Shown piece by piece: positions 29,356 through 39,729 of a DNA stretch of 64,000 nt. The stretch's first letter is position 1, and every line of letters starts with the position of its first letter. The notes under the pieces are model-generated. The model did not search any database. It saw nothing but the letters and a program-made list of their open reading frames with translations, and was not told where the DNA came from. The stretch comes from a virus. Both the position numbers and the translations under genes were made by a program. Location: the IMG/VR virus record IMGVR_UViG_3300019752_000001, one strand, 5' to 3'.

Positions 29356-30822
29356 TTAAATTCTTCGGAATGTTATGTTGTCACTTCCCCAGTTGAATAT
29401 CTCAAACACCCCAGCTGATAAGTTCACTTCTTGATAAGCACTATCTGGTTCACCTTCTGGCTTGGTTTCTACAGTGAGTATGATGAGGTCATTTACATTA
29501 CACAGTACAGGACGCTGTAGTTGGAGAGTTGTAAGCCCCTCAGCAATATCCACTCTTGTCAGAAGGTTTAAGAACCCAGATATAACCTCTTGCTGTTCAT
29601 CTGCAGTTAACTCTGTTCCATCCTCTTTACGATAACTAACTCGGATATCTATATCCCTCACAGTAGCTTCTGTGAACCTCTGAGGAGATATACCTCCACC
29701 GAAATTCATCACATTAACAATAGTAGAGCCGTGTTGAGCAACATTAAGAGGTCCATAAGTATGCAACACCTCTCCAATCTCCTCATTCACGCCTCCAGCC
29801 ACAACAACATGATAAGCCCAGCTCTGAGGAACCTGAACAGTAGGTACGTTTGTAACGTTCTTATAAACCCGTACAGAGCGTACACCACCAAGCATACCAA
29901 TCTGTTGAAGTAGTGCGTCTTCTGTTCCTATAGCTTCTGAGCGTAACTGTGTAGCCCCTCTTATACGAAACTCTGCATCTGTCTCTACATTTCTACCAGG
30001 GTTGAAATCCTCGTAAGTGAAGGCGTCTGAATAACCGGGGAAATTAGGTGTAGCTCTGAACTGTGAACCTCTGGCTACCAGTTGCCTGCCTGGTTCAATA
30101 GCCTCTATGTTTACTATGCCATACCTCAGTCCTACTAAAGGTGACAGGTTAAAGTCATGAGAGGATAATAGGATATTGTAAGTGGTGTCTGGGTTAATAC
30201 CTACCAGAAGTGTGTCAGCTGTTACAGAAGTTTTACCAACAGATTCAGCTACATGGGTATTCCAGAACAATGCCAACGCATTCAGGTATGATCTTTTCTC
30301 TGCATCATCAGCTAATGATGTACTTGGGAGTGTCTGTACGGCACCTGCATCATCTACTAGCGTGGCTGTATAAACCTGTCCAGTTACTAAATCAGATAAT
30401 GCTAGTCGATAAGCGTAAGTGTTAGATGCCCCAACTCCTGTTGTAGTGGACATAAACCTTGCACCATTAGCAAGACTAAACCGTCTACTAGACAGAGTTG
30501 TTAACGCTAACCTATTATCTGTTTCTAAGAGGATTGGCCCGTTAGCAGCAGCCTGATCGAGCCTTGTAACACCTAACAAATTAAAGTAGTTATCTAGGTG
30601 AACACCTTCGGCTCCTTGTCTAGTATAGGCTGCATAACTTTCCTCTGTAGCCTGCCACAGCTCATCAACTTCTAACGCAATGCTTCCTGCAATCTGGAGG
30701 AACACACTGTCATCGGAGGTGTTAAAATCTTCTCCGAAAGCTTCTCTGGCCCTTTGTCGTAAACTGTCAAGTATTCTAGGTAGTGTCTTTCTGTCAAACC
30801 CACTTGATGTGAGTCCTGCCAT
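29356..30822 (-). CDS. Baseplate J-like wedge protein
   Basis: MAGLTSSGF, AEGVHLD, GRNVETDAEFRIR, VVVAGG. Confidence 0.88.
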   Translation of the reverse strand: MAGLTSSGFDRKTLPRILDSLRQRAREAFGEDFNTSDDSVFLQIAGSIALEVDELWQATEESYAAYTRQGAEGVHLDNYFNLLGVTRLDQAAANGPILLETDNRLALTTLSSRRFSLANGARFMSTTTGVGASNTYAYRLALSDLVTGQVYTATLVDDAGAVQTLPSTSLADDAEKRSYLNALALFWNTHVAESVGKTSVTADTLLVGINPDTTYNILLSSHDFNLSPLVGLRYGIVNIEAIEPGRQLVARGSQFRATPNFPGYSDAFTYEDFNPGRNVETDAEFRIRGATQLRSEAIGTEDALLQQIGMLGGVRSVRVYKNVTNVPTVQVPQSWAYHVVVAGGVNEEIGEVLHTYGPLNVAQHGSTIVNVMNFGGGISPQRFTEATVRDIDIRVSYRKEDGTELTADEQQEVISGFLNLLTRVDIAEGLTTLQLQRPVLCNVNDLIILTVETKPEGEPDSAYQEVNLSAGVFEIFNWGSDNITFRRI

Positions 30823-30858
30823 ATTATTCTCCTTAGTGTGCTACATCCGTGTGTTGTG

Positions 30859-31284
30859 TTAAGGGATTTTACAAACAATGGGTTGGAGTGTATTAGGGTC
30901 AGGGTATATGTAACGGTCAGGGTTAAATCTCCTACCTACCATTAACTCTCCTTCTGTTGTTCGTAAGTTCATTTCAACTATTGAGTATGTTCGTCTAACC
31001 CTATCAAACTCGCTTCTAAAACTTACAAGTTCTTCTACTCCGTCAACTGCCAAGATCCTTGTAAGGAAGATATCATCAACAAGTGTTTGAGTTTCAACCT
31101 TCTGGAATATCTCTTGTAAATAAGGGATTCCGAAAGCTTCATTAAGCAGCCATTCTCCTTGCCAAGCACGGATAGTGATCAGTACACGCTGCCTAACATC
31201 TTGAGAGTTTAAAGAGGTAAATGATAAGTCTCCGTTTACAATAGCGAGGTCATCATTGTTTTCATTCAATAAGAAGTCTGTCAT
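30859..31284 (-). CDS. Baseplate wedge/sheath initiator (gp25/gp46-like)
   Basis: GDL...QR......GEWLLN..FGIPY. Confidence 0.8.
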   Translation of the reverse strand: MTDFLLNENNDDLAIVNGDLSFTSLNSQDVRQRVLITIRAWQGEWLLNEAFGIPYLQEIFQKVETQTLVDDIFLTRILAVDGVEELVSFRSEFDRVRRTYSIVEMNLRTTEGELMVGRRFNPDRYIYPDPNTLQPIVCKIP

Positions 31285-31928
31285 TAGTTAGGCACCGATG
31301 TACTTGATGTTCCACTACGAACACCACCATGTGTATGATCATCTCCAACATTAACTCCGTTGTGTGTGAAGCTCCCACCATTAGCAGAGAAGTTTCCATT
31401 AACAACAGTATTACCGTTAACGATGAGTGTGTCTGAGGGAGTGATTATAATGTTTCCATCTTCATTCATACGTATTGTAGAAGATCCTGCTTGGATAACT
31501 ACAGCATCCGATGCAACTTCTGTGGGGTTAGTGTGTGTGAATAAACAAGGAGTGACGAATACAGGATTTGACTGATGAGCTAAACCTGAGAAACTATCTA
31601 CTACTGTCTTACCATCACTTCCATAAAACTCGAATAAGTCTCTTTGAGAGTAATGAAGCATCACTGTATCATTTACACGAATAGGAAATGTTATTTTAAA
31701 CTTCCCTACATCTCCACTTAGTATCTGGAAAGGTACATCGTAAACTTCTGGAAGAGTGGTTTGTTTCTCATCTCCCCCTTTGCTACGTATAAGGGGTTGA
31801 ACATCTACACAGTTCCTGTCTAAATGTACTGCTGTAACTACTGCTGGAATACCTGTGTAAACATTCTGTAATCTTGCTTCAATAAAGTTTGTTAACGTAT
31901 CTGTAAAACTATCTGTAGGTTGATGCAT
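31284..31928 (-). CDS. Baseplate central spike (Gp138-like)
   Basis: VDVQPL, FPIRVND.V, C-terminal HTHGGV apex motif. Confidence 0.9.
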   Translation of the reverse strand: MHQPTDSFTDTLTNFIEARLQNVYTGIPAVVTAVHLDRNCVDVQPLIRSKGGDEKQTTLPEVYDVPFQILSGDVGKFKITFPIRVNDTVMLHYSQRDLFEFYGSDGKTVVDSFSGLAHQSNPVFVTPCLFTHTNPTEVASDAVVIQAGSSTIRMNEDGNIIITPSDTLIVNGNTVVNGNFSANGGSFTHNGVNVGDDHTHGGVRSGTSSTSVPN

Positions 31929-32926
31929 TATATAGGATTACCTCCTTCATCAAACTCACCAACATCAAAGAAAGAGAGTGCTGGGTTTCGAACATCAGTA
32001 ACTTTTAATGCTTCACATTCTGTGTACCACCCATTCCCACGCCAATCCCCAGAGTGGTTAACTTTGGATATTCTGAAAGTACCTTCGAAGTCTCTACTGT
32101 TTATAATTACTAACGAGTCTACTGTAAGGTTTCCATCAAGCAACACCTTAAACCTAATACCTGTAGGTGACTCAGAAGATCCCTGTTTAATACCTTGAGA
32201 TTTATCAAGTATAGCAGGACTACCTATCAGTCCACTACGCTCGTTATACTCAGCTACCTCTGTCAAGTTAACCCTGTGTCTATCTACAAAGTTAACCTTA
32301 CCATCAGTTATATTAAACCTATAGTTAATCTCTTTAGCTACTCGTCTTAGTCCATCAACAGTAGGACCATCGTAACTCCAAGGAGCTTTAGCAACCATCA
32401 ACAAGGGAGGCTCATCAAAGATCCCTGTAGGAAGCTTCATATCAACCAGGAGACGTTCTATAATACTCTTGTAGGTTTCATTAGCTAAAAAGGAAACACT
32501 ACTCACAGCTTCTTTAGCGGGCGTATAACCATCTCCAAGTGTTAGCTTAGTGATCCTATCAACACCTTCAAATCTATCTGTTAGACTGACAATAGTACCT
32601 AAGAAGATTACTTTTAAAGGTTCTTGATTTGTTGCAGCCTCTAATTTAACATAAACTTCTTGACCTGCAGAGGCTTCTATAAACCCCTTCATGTCATCAT
32701 TTATATTAGTAAGTGTTATAGATCCTTTGTTCTGATCTGCGGATGCAGTCTTTTCAATATCAAACTGTATCCTGTGTCCTGTGTCTGTAGAGAGAATACG
32801 AGACTGAACAGACAAACCTCTATCTGGTACAAACACTTGGAGTTCTTCTAATTCTTCTATATTCGACAGGTTTAAGGCTTTACCAAACTCTAGCCTGTAT
32901 CTTCTATTCAGTCCTTGTAAGGCCAT
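31928..32926 (-). CDS. Baseplate hub protein
   Basis: RIQFDIEKT, SGLIGSP, HSGDWRGNGWYT; gene order. Confidence 0.85.
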   Translation of the reverse strand: MALQGLNRRYRLEFGKALNLSNIEELEELQVFVPDRGLSVQSRILSTDTGHRIQFDIEKTASADQNKGSITLTNINDDMKGFIEASAGQEVYVKLEAATNQEPLKVIFLGTIVSLTDRFEGVDRITKLTLGDGYTPAKEAVSSVSFLANETYKSIIERLLVDMKLPTGIFDEPPLLMVAKAPWSYDGPTVDGLRRVAKEINYRFNITDGKVNFVDRHRVNLTEVAEYNERSGLIGSPAILDKSQGIKQGSSESPTGIRFKVLLDGNLTVDSLVIINSRDFEGTFRISKVNHSGDWRGNGWYTECEALKVTDVRNPALSFFDVGEFDEGGNPI

Positions 32927-32947
32927 TCTACTCCACCTTTGTATTTT

Positions 32948-33292
32948 CTATATAAGCTCTGTAGTCTTTAAATACACTAACTGGAACCTTCCGTTGTCCT
33001 CTCTTAATCCAAACCTATCAACTCTTCCATAGTCCCTTTCTACGTCCACGACATAGAAGTTACCTGGAGCTACTCCTGTCAGGTATTTAAAACCTTCTGT
33101 AATGTCTAGCCCGTTTGTAACTTTTCTCTGTATAGAAGGAGGGAATCCTGAAGCACCTATTGAGAAGTACCAAGCACCATCCCCTGTAGTAGTTCTCATT
33201 GGGTTATATTGAAGTCGTATATCGTAAGAGGTTCCTTCTAAACTAACTGTTTGTGTGTAATCTGCCAGATTATCAAGAGGTAATACTATCAT
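32948..33292 (-). CDS. Baseplate plug/adaptor protein
   Basis: QTVSLEG.SY.IRLQYN...WY pattern; synteny. Confidence 0.7.
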   Translation of the reverse strand: MIVLPLDNLADYTQTVSLEGTSYDIRLQYNPMRTTTGDGAWYFSIGASGFPPSIQRKVTNGLDITEGFKYLTGVAPGNFYVVDVERDYGRVDRFGLREDNGRFQLVYLKTTELI

Positions 33293-33341
33293 AACAAATA
33301 ATCCTTATATATCAAGGAGAAGGCTTATTTATAAGCCTTCT

Positions 33342-33968
33342 CTATCCACCTATTATAGTTTCTCCAGCATCTGTAATAACCCTTGTAGTTTCTCCGAAGT
33401 TATCGCTGAAGAAACTACCTATGCTACTGAACAGTCCTTCGTCAGCTTCAGAGTTTCCCTCATTCTCTGCATCCTTAGCTTCCTTACTACCTACCTTCGT
33501 AGGTCTTAATAGCCTATCTAGTAGCTCAGCGCTAGTAATAACAGCTTCAGGTTCAACAATCTGGACTTGTTCAAGTGTGATACTAAACTGTAAACTGTCT
33601 CCTACTTGAGCTGTACGTGGAAAGGATAGAGAGGTGATTACACATTGATCAAATGCTTGTAACTCTGACCTTACAGATATAAACTCCCTATTTTCTTTTA
33701 ACCTGACCAGTTGTCTATATTGCGCTCTAACTCTATTTGGTCCGGCATCAATAGCATCTCTTATCGGGTAGTTAACAATACATCCTTGTATGTCTATTAC
33801 AGTGTTCTGCCTGAATACATGATCAGATATATTGTTACCACCTTCTGTCGGGTGAGCTGTTACAGTGTTTGTAAACTTTGGTGTTACTGAGGTAGCTGCA
33901 TCAATATGTATAATTGATTCGTTAGTTATTAAACTTTGCCTACCTCCAGCAATTATAGTGAAACTCAT
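33342..33968 (-). CDS. Tail tube initiator / Dit-like baseplate protein
   Basis: VTAHPTEGG..ISDH, ITSLS, FSITLEQV; follows the tape measure gene. Confidence 0.8.
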   Translation of the reverse strand: MSFTIIAGGRQSLITNESIIHIDAATSVTPKFTNTVTAHPTEGGNNISDHVFRQNTVIDIQGCIVNYPIRDAIDAGPNRVRAQYRQLVRLKENREFISVRSELQAFDQCVITSLSFPRTAQVGDSLQFSITLEQVQIVEPEAVITSAELLDRLLRPTKVGSKEAKDAENEGNSEADEGLFSSIGSFFSDNFGETTRVITDAGETIIGG

Positions 33969-33979
33969 AAAGTGTCTCC

Positions 33980-35839
33980 TTATTGGCTGCTGTTAGAGGC
34001 CATAGCACTCTGCAGGCTATTTAAGTTGGATGATGCACCTTGAGAGATTCTGGCATCCAACATATCACTCTTCAGGTCAACCTCTACAGCAACACTATTA
34101 TTAACTGATACACTCTGAGCAGCGCTACGTACAACTGCAGCTCCTACATCACCACCTGTAGCAGACCCTGTTGCGGACACATTAAATTGATCTCCTGAGA
34201 ATAGAGATGCAATATAGTCATAAGTTTCTGTAGCAAACTTCTTAATATCATCCCAGAAGTAATAGATAGCTGAAAGTGCTGTAATAACTGCTGTAACTAC
34301 TAATGCAGGGAAGCTTACAATACCTCCGATTACACCAGCCATCAACGCACCTATTCTACCTAACCATAAGGCGACGGCTCCACCGCTAGCTGCTAATGAT
34401 CCCATACCTTGTAAAACTGGCAGGACATGCTTAGCAATAGCTTTTAGTCTCCAAACCCATAAACCCCATGTTGCAGCTACACCAAGAATAGTCCCTGCAA
34501 ATTTACTAACAACACTTTGACCATCTACTCCAAGCAGGTTCATAATGTCTACTAGTAGACTAACTGCCAACCTTAGCGGAAGAGTGAGTAATGTAAAGAT
34601 TGTGTTCAAGGCTCTACCTAAGATGAATGCTAAAGGGGTGGCTGCTTTCATCCCGTTAGCTAAAGATTCGAACAGTTTGGTAGTTAAGTCTCCAAATCCA
34701 CCACGGAAGAATTGATTCTTCAGATCTTGGAATGTGGATATCATCCTGTTCATAGCTGTTTGGTTACTATGCAGGGCTTTGTCTAATGACCCACCAGTCC
34801 TAGCCATCTTAGCCATGGACTTTGTAACTTTAGGAAGTACTTCAGCGGATAACAGTTTCCCGGTTTCCATCATCTTGAGAAACTCGTCGTTGCTTACACC
34901 AAGTGCATCAGAGAATAATTTTAACCCTCCAGGGATACTTTCTGCGAACTGGTTTTTAACATCATCTGCTTGCAATGTACCTTTGTTAAGCATCTGCTCA
35001 ACAGCTCTCATACCGAGCTTCATACGCTCTGTGTTAATCTTAGCTGCAACACCTAACTCACTAAAAGCTGTAAAGAAGTCCTCAATTTGCGTAGGCTCCA
35101 TAACACCTTTAGCTGCAATACTTAACCTAGCAAAGCCATCCTGCGCAGTTATTAGATCTAAGCCTAACCTAGTTACCTGACCCCTTACATACTTAATAGC
35201 CTCAGCAGCCTTCTCAGGACTACCTGTACCAATAAGCATCTTAGCTTCTGTAGCCTCAAACTGTTGACCAGTTCGGACTACTTCACTACCTGCTTCAAAC
35301 CCTGCATAACCAATACCGCCCGCAACTAACATTGTACGCCATTCACGGAAGCGCTTATTAAAACTCTTCATCTCTCTGTTAGCTTTAGACATATTAGCTT
35401 GTACATTAGAGATACGTGCAGAATATTCTCGTGTGGTGATTGCTCCAGACATAAACTTCTGATTGATTGCTGCAATCTGTCTGTTAAACTTCTCCATTTG
35501 CTCAGGCTTCAAATTACTCCTGTCAAAGAAACCTCCAGCACCACTAGTCCTTATTTTCCTAGCGTCCATCATATCTTGACGACGAGCAATAACTTTTAAA
35601 TGTTTCTCACGAGCTTTTACTTGAGCATCTTGTGCAGCTGGCCTAGAAGACCTACCTCCACCTCCTGTTCCTCTTCCACCTCCACCAGTAATCCTACCAA
35701 TATTGGTGTTACCAATCCCTTGGAGTTGCTTCTTAAGCTGACCAATACGTTTCTGGTATCTGTCTAGGTTCTTCCAACTAGGTCGGTCTATTGTAAAACC
35801 AACCTTGTTATCAATTCTTCCTATTGTCTGTACAGCCAT
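33980..35839 (-). CDS. Tail tape measure protein
   Basis: EQMLNKGTLQADDVKNQFAESIPG tape-measure domain, hydrophobic segments, synteny. Confidence 0.9.
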   Translation of the reverse strand: MAVQTIGRIDNKVGFTIDRPSWKNLDRYQKRIGQLKKQLQGIGNTNIGRITGGGGRGTGGGGRSSRPAAQDAQVKAREKHLKVIARRQDMMDARKIRTSGAGGFFDRSNLKPEQMEKFNRQIAAINQKFMSGAITTREYSARISNVQANMSKANREMKSFNKRFREWRTMLVAGGIGYAGFEAGSEVVRTGQQFEATEAKMLIGTGSPEKAAEAIKYVRGQVTRLGLDLITAQDGFARLSIAAKGVMEPTQIEDFFTAFSELGVAAKINTERMKLGMRAVEQMLNKGTLQADDVKNQFAESIPGGLKLFSDALGVSNDEFLKMMETGKLLSAEVLPKVTKSMAKMARTGGSLDKALHSNQTAMNRMISTFQDLKNQFFRGGFGDLTTKLFESLANGMKAATPLAFILGRALNTIFTLLTLPLRLAVSLLVDIMNLLGVDGQSVVSKFAGTILGVAATWGLWVWRLKAIAKHVLPVLQGMGSLAASGGAVALWLGRIGALMAGVIGGIVSFPALVVTAVITALSAIYYFWDDIKKFATETYDYIASLFSGDQFNVSATGSATGGDVGAAVVRSAAQSVSVNNSVAVEVDLKSDMLDARISQGASSNLNSLQSAMASNSSQ

Positions 35840-36150
35840 TATCGGCTCCTTGACATACTATTCTGTTGCTGTTGTTCCTTCTCTGCTTTAGCTCTCTGTA
35901 GCTGATCTTCAGCATATTGTTTCATATCTAAAGCTTCGGATAGTTTCATAACATACGACAGAGGAGCTTCTTTAAGGCTGGAGTAGTTTTCATTACTATT
36001 CAGTAACACTCTGGTGTATAACTGATCCCACCAATCCAACCCTGTTGTGCTGTTTATATATTTAACAATTCCAGGCTTAAGAGTTATTTCTGTGCCAATG
36101 CTACTTTTGTGATTCCTGTCATTTGCGTCATCAGGGACGCTAAACCTTTT
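35839..36150 (-). CDS. Tail assembly chaperone, -1 frame extension
   Basis: The -1 frame is open from the slippery site into ORF 35839..36039. Confidence 0.75.
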   Translation of the reverse strand, partial: KRFSVPDDANDRNHKSSIGTEITLKPGIVKYINSTTGLDWWDQLYTRVLLNSNENYSSLKEAPLSYVMKLSEALDMKQYAEDQLQRAKAEKEQQQQNSMSRSR

Positions 36151-36533
36151 CCCTGATAAAGACTCCCATAATTAACCATCAAACTCTCAGCGGCAATTTG
36201 ACACAACACTGACAAGTCTGTCCCACAAACCTCTTCCAGGTTGATTGCACTATTCTGATAGTATACATCCTCACAAATCATCTTGAAAAACTCTACAGCA
36301 TCGTTAGCTTCAAGCTCATCAAATAGCATTGCTAGTGCGAGGGGGATAGCATTCTGCCATTCATCACCTTCAGACATAAGGATTGATAAAGGCTGTGCAA
36401 TTACTCGTCCTACCTGAGGAAACCGGGACATTGCCTTAAAAACTCCCCAAGGCATAACCATCAAATCTTTCTTTTCAGTGGAGCCGTCTGGCTGTAATAC
36501 TTCTACAGTGAATTTCTTTTGTACTTCAATCAT
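36084..36533 (-). CDS. Tail assembly chaperone
   Basis: Between tube and tape measure genes; contains the slippery site. Confidence 0.8.
   Translation of the reverse strand: MIEVQKKFTVEVLQPDGSTEKKDLMVMPWGVFKAMSRFPQVGRVIAQPLSILMSEGDEWQNAIPLALAMLFDELEANDAVEFFKMICEDVYYQNSAINLEEVCGTDLSVLCQIAAESLMVNYGSLYQGKGLASLMTQMTGITKVALAQK
36147..36153 (-). other. Programmed -1 ribosomal frameshift site G GGA AAA
   Basis: CAG GGA AAA GGT (QGKG) near the end of the chaperone; lambda G/GT-type heptamer. Confidence 0.8.
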
Positions 36534-36550
36534 GTTTGTTATTCTCCTTT

Positions 36551-36576
36551 GAAGGGGCTTTACACAGCCCCCTTCT
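36551..36576 (-). terminator. Hairpin after the tail tube gene
   Basis: GAAGGGGCT-TTACAC-AGCCCC inverted repeat. Confidence 0.5.
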
Positions 36577-36624
36577 TAATGTTTAGTTATTATGTGTGGG
36601 TGTTGTTAACCAATAACAAACCTA

Positions 36625-37107
36625 TTAAGTAATTACCCCACGGAATACAGCTTCTACTGCAACACCCTGTTCCTGGGCATCCTGAGACACTTCATAGGAA
36701 ATGTTGGCAACTCCAATCACCCAGTCCATCTGCATAATTTCCTGAGCCATACTGAGTGTAGGTTGTGTCTCAATCCAACCTTGAGTCTGTAGAACAATAC
36801 CAGATGAAGGATCTATGAAGGATACATCGAACCAAGGGATACCAGTCTCTTCTTGAGCATAGAAGTTAACTAGGCTTCGGTTTGTACGTGAAGTGTTCTT
36901 AAGTGAGATAGTAATCATACCTACCTCGTTCCTGTTGCGGGCAATTGCCACTGCACCATCTACACCAACTTTAGGGAGAATCCTGTCCTGTTCCTTACTG
37001 ATTTCAATAGCTGTATCTTCAGCGTAATCAACTGGTTCAATACCACCTAACAGGAGTGTCACATTCTTAGGGTCGTAATACCCTGTTGCAACGTTACGAA
37101 TTTGCAT
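36625..37107 (-). CDS. Tail tube protein (DUF3277-like)
   Basis: YDPKNV, VGVDG, G.ITISL.NTS..N. Confidence 0.85.
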   Translation of the reverse strand: MQIRNVATGYYDPKNVTLLLGGIEPVDYAEDTAIEISKEQDRILPKVGVDGAVAIARNRNEVGMITISLKNTSRTNRSLVNFYAQEETGIPWFDVSFIDPSSGIVLQTQGWIETQPTLSMAQEIMQMDWVIGVANISYEVSQDAQEQGVAVEAVFRGVIT

Positions 37108-37188
37108 ATACTATCTACCTTTACCTTTACAAATGATTATAGAGGCTCCCTTTACAGAAGCCTCGTGGACGGACTTTATAGTTACTGA

Positions 37189-39696
37189 TTAGATCAGGAT
37201 AAACACACGTGCAAATACCTGCTGAATAGCACCTGAGTAAGTAAACTCAACAACCACATCCCGCAGTGTACGGTTTGCAATGTCATTGTCAGGGATCTCA
37301 CTACGTGCTGGAATCCTCACTACGGCTGCATCTACTCCGTCTTGTGGAGTGAGTATTGCATTACGACGGATGGCTACGTTAATAACCTGACCGTAAATTA
37401 CTTGACGGATTTGTTCAAATCCTGTATCTCCGAAAACCACTTTTCGTCCCAGATCACTCTCTCTTTTAAGCAGACCAAACACAGCCTCTGCAATTCGAGC
37501 TTTCATCCACAGACCAAACCTCACATCATCGAAGAACAGACCACTCTGGTTAACACCATTGTCGTAAACAGCTACTCCATTTACTAAAGGATAGATGTTA
37601 GAGTTTTTACCTTGAATACGGTTTTGCTCAGTAGAACTAAACTCTGTAACGCTGACACCAGGCATACTCTTGAACGCTAGGATACTTTCACCAGGGTTGA
37701 TTGATGCAATAGCCCCGATAACTCCACCTTCAGCTTGTTCCTCAAGTCGCTCATCAGGAACTGTCAATGTGTGTGTGTTGTCTAGTTGTGCATTCATCAA
37801 CTGACTAGCAATATCATCATCTGCAGTAGAGGCTACAGTAGATGCAGGGATAGTGGTGATGTACATTTTATCATTTGCTTGAGCATAACGACCAAGAGCA
37901 AGCTGTGTAGTTGGAGTTTTATCTTCAGCTGACAAGAAGAACCAAGAGTCATCTTCACCAGCTGCCTCTGCAAGAGCTTCCTCTGTAGTTTCAGCTCCTA
38001 TGACAGTGTTCATCAGGTTATCTGTGAGAGAGGATAGAGACACATCCTGATTCAGGTTTGGTGTAATACTTAGAACATTTCCATCTACACCAGCTACAAG
38101 CGCTGTATTAAACACACCTGAGTTATTGATCTGATCAGACAGTCCTTGCAAGATCTCTGTGACAGTTGGTGTGGTATCTGATGTATACTCAATAGTCTGA
38201 GATACAGATGCTGAGGTTGCTTCTAAGTCGAAAGCGTATCGTACACCACCCCCTCCTGTTGTAGGGTCTACCACAAACTTATCAAAAGAGCTTGAAAGGT
38301 TTGAAGAAACGTTAGTGATGTTTACCGTAGTACCTCCTGTCGGGTCAATAAGTAATTGCCCTCCTGAAACACTGGCTGTAACAACTCCCAATAAGGCAGC
38401 AGTTCCTGTAATATCTGCTGCAAGGGCATCAAGGATTTCTGATTCAGGGGTGAAATTTGTGCCTGTTGCAGAGATAGTTGAAGTAATCCCTTCAGAACTT
38501 ATGTCAAAGGAGAAGGTTGATGGACTGTCAACCAAGTTCAACAAGTAATATCCGTTATAACCTTGCGCTCCTAGATCTACAGAAGAAACAGAAACTTGGG
38601 TAGTTCCATCAATAGGTTTTATCAACAACCTTAGAGCTGTAGCTCCAGTGGCTGTTGACCTCTCTCCTACCAATTTACCAGTGTAATCTGGGTCATTGTT
38701 TATTTGTGAAGTTATACTAGCTATATCTCCTGTGAAAGTTTTTTGGGCTACCCCTGAAACATCGAGAGTTACTGATAGGCTCGTACCAGCAAAAGTAGAG
38801 GTAATTACAGAACCACTAACATAGGTTACATCTATATTAGGACTACCAGTTAATTCATCACCAGCCAATGTGACTACAGTACCATCAGCGTTAGTCCCTA
38901 TGCGTTGCTCAAATACATAAGCAAAACCATCTGAAGGTGTTATAACTTCAGTCAACCCACTATTTACATCTTCAACCTCATAAATAGCTGGAATGTTACT
39001 ACCTGAGAGAGGCCAAGTAGTCTGCAGTGCAGCTAGTAACCCTGTTTCTACTTCTAATTTAGTAGGTGTGGTATCTGAAGTAAACGTAGATGTAGTACTA
39101 TCGAAAGTTATAGAGTAGTCTTGGGCACCAACCCCAGAGGTCACATCAATAGAAAACTGATTAATATTCCCTTGCAAGTTTGCTGACAAACCTGTTACAG
39201 TTACTACGTTGTTTCCTTGAGGTGTGATTTCAAGATTGTCATTAACATTAGCAGCTACTACAACACCTGTTAACAGGCTATTGCCTGTAATAGCTGCCAC
39301 CAATCCATCTACAACAGCTTGTTCGCTAGTAAGCTCTGTACCTGTGAATGTGATAGTCTGAGGCGCTACACCTACAGCGATAATAGTGAGGAAATACTCA
39401 ACACTACCTGGCAATACACTTACCTCAAACCGTGTAAAACTCTTCTTACCAATCATTACAGTTTGAGGACGGAATGTACCAGAGAATACATTTGTAGCAA
39501 ACCGTACAGCTGCTGACGTAGGACTCCAACCATCACCAGTCATCTCATCTACATCATTATATGTACGGATACGCTCATTAGCATCAAACAGGTTTGTTTC
39601 AGTTAGGAATAATGGGGTGTTAAAATTTGCTGTATCAATTGGACGAGTAGCCCGGCTGACAATAACGTCAACATATTTACGAATATTAGTTGTCAT
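37189..39696 (-). CDS. Tail sheath protein (DUF3383-like) with large repeated-domain insertion
   Basis: N-terminal FNTPLFL..ERIRTY; C-terminal AFKSMPGV, FFDDVRFGLW, YSGAIQ. Confidence 0.88.
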   Translation of the reverse strand: MTTNIRKYVDVIVSRATRPIDTANFNTPLFLTETNLFDANERIRTYNDVDEMTGDGWSPTSAAVRFATNVFSGTFRPQTVMIGKKSFTRFEVSVLPGSVEYFLTIIAVGVAPQTITFTGTELTSEQAVVDGLVAAITGNSLLTGVVVAANVNDNLEITPQGNNVVTVTGLSANLQGNINQFSIDVTSGVGAQDYSITFDSTTSTFTSDTTPTKLEVETGLLAALQTTWPLSGSNIPAIYEVEDVNSGLTEVITPSDGFAYVFEQRIGTNADGTVVTLAGDELTGSPNIDVTYVSGSVITSTFAGTSLSVTLDVSGVAQKTFTGDIASITSQINNDPDYTGKLVGERSTATGATALRLLIKPIDGTTQVSVSSVDLGAQGYNGYYLLNLVDSPSTFSFDISSEGITSTISATGTNFTPESEILDALAADITGTAALLGVVTASVSGGQLLIDPTGGTTVNITNVSSNLSSSFDKFVVDPTTGGGGVRYAFDLEATSASVSQTIEYTSDTTPTVTEILQGLSDQINNSGVFNTALVAGVDGNVLSITPNLNQDVSLSSLTDNLMNTVIGAETTEEALAEAAGEDDSWFFLSAEDKTPTTQLALGRYAQANDKMYITTIPASTVASTADDDIASQLMNAQLDNTHTLTVPDERLEEQAEGGVIGAIASINPGESILAFKSMPGVSVTEFSSTEQNRIQGKNSNIYPLVNGVAVYDNGVNQSGLFFDDVRFGLWMKARIAEAVFGLLKRESDLGRKVVFGDTGFEQIRQVIYGQVINVAIRRNAILTPQDGVDAAVVRIPARSEIPDNDIANRTLRDVVVEFTYSGAIQQVFARVFILI

Positions 39697-39729
39697 TCGA
39701 TTTTGGTTTCCTTGTGTTTTATTTTATTA

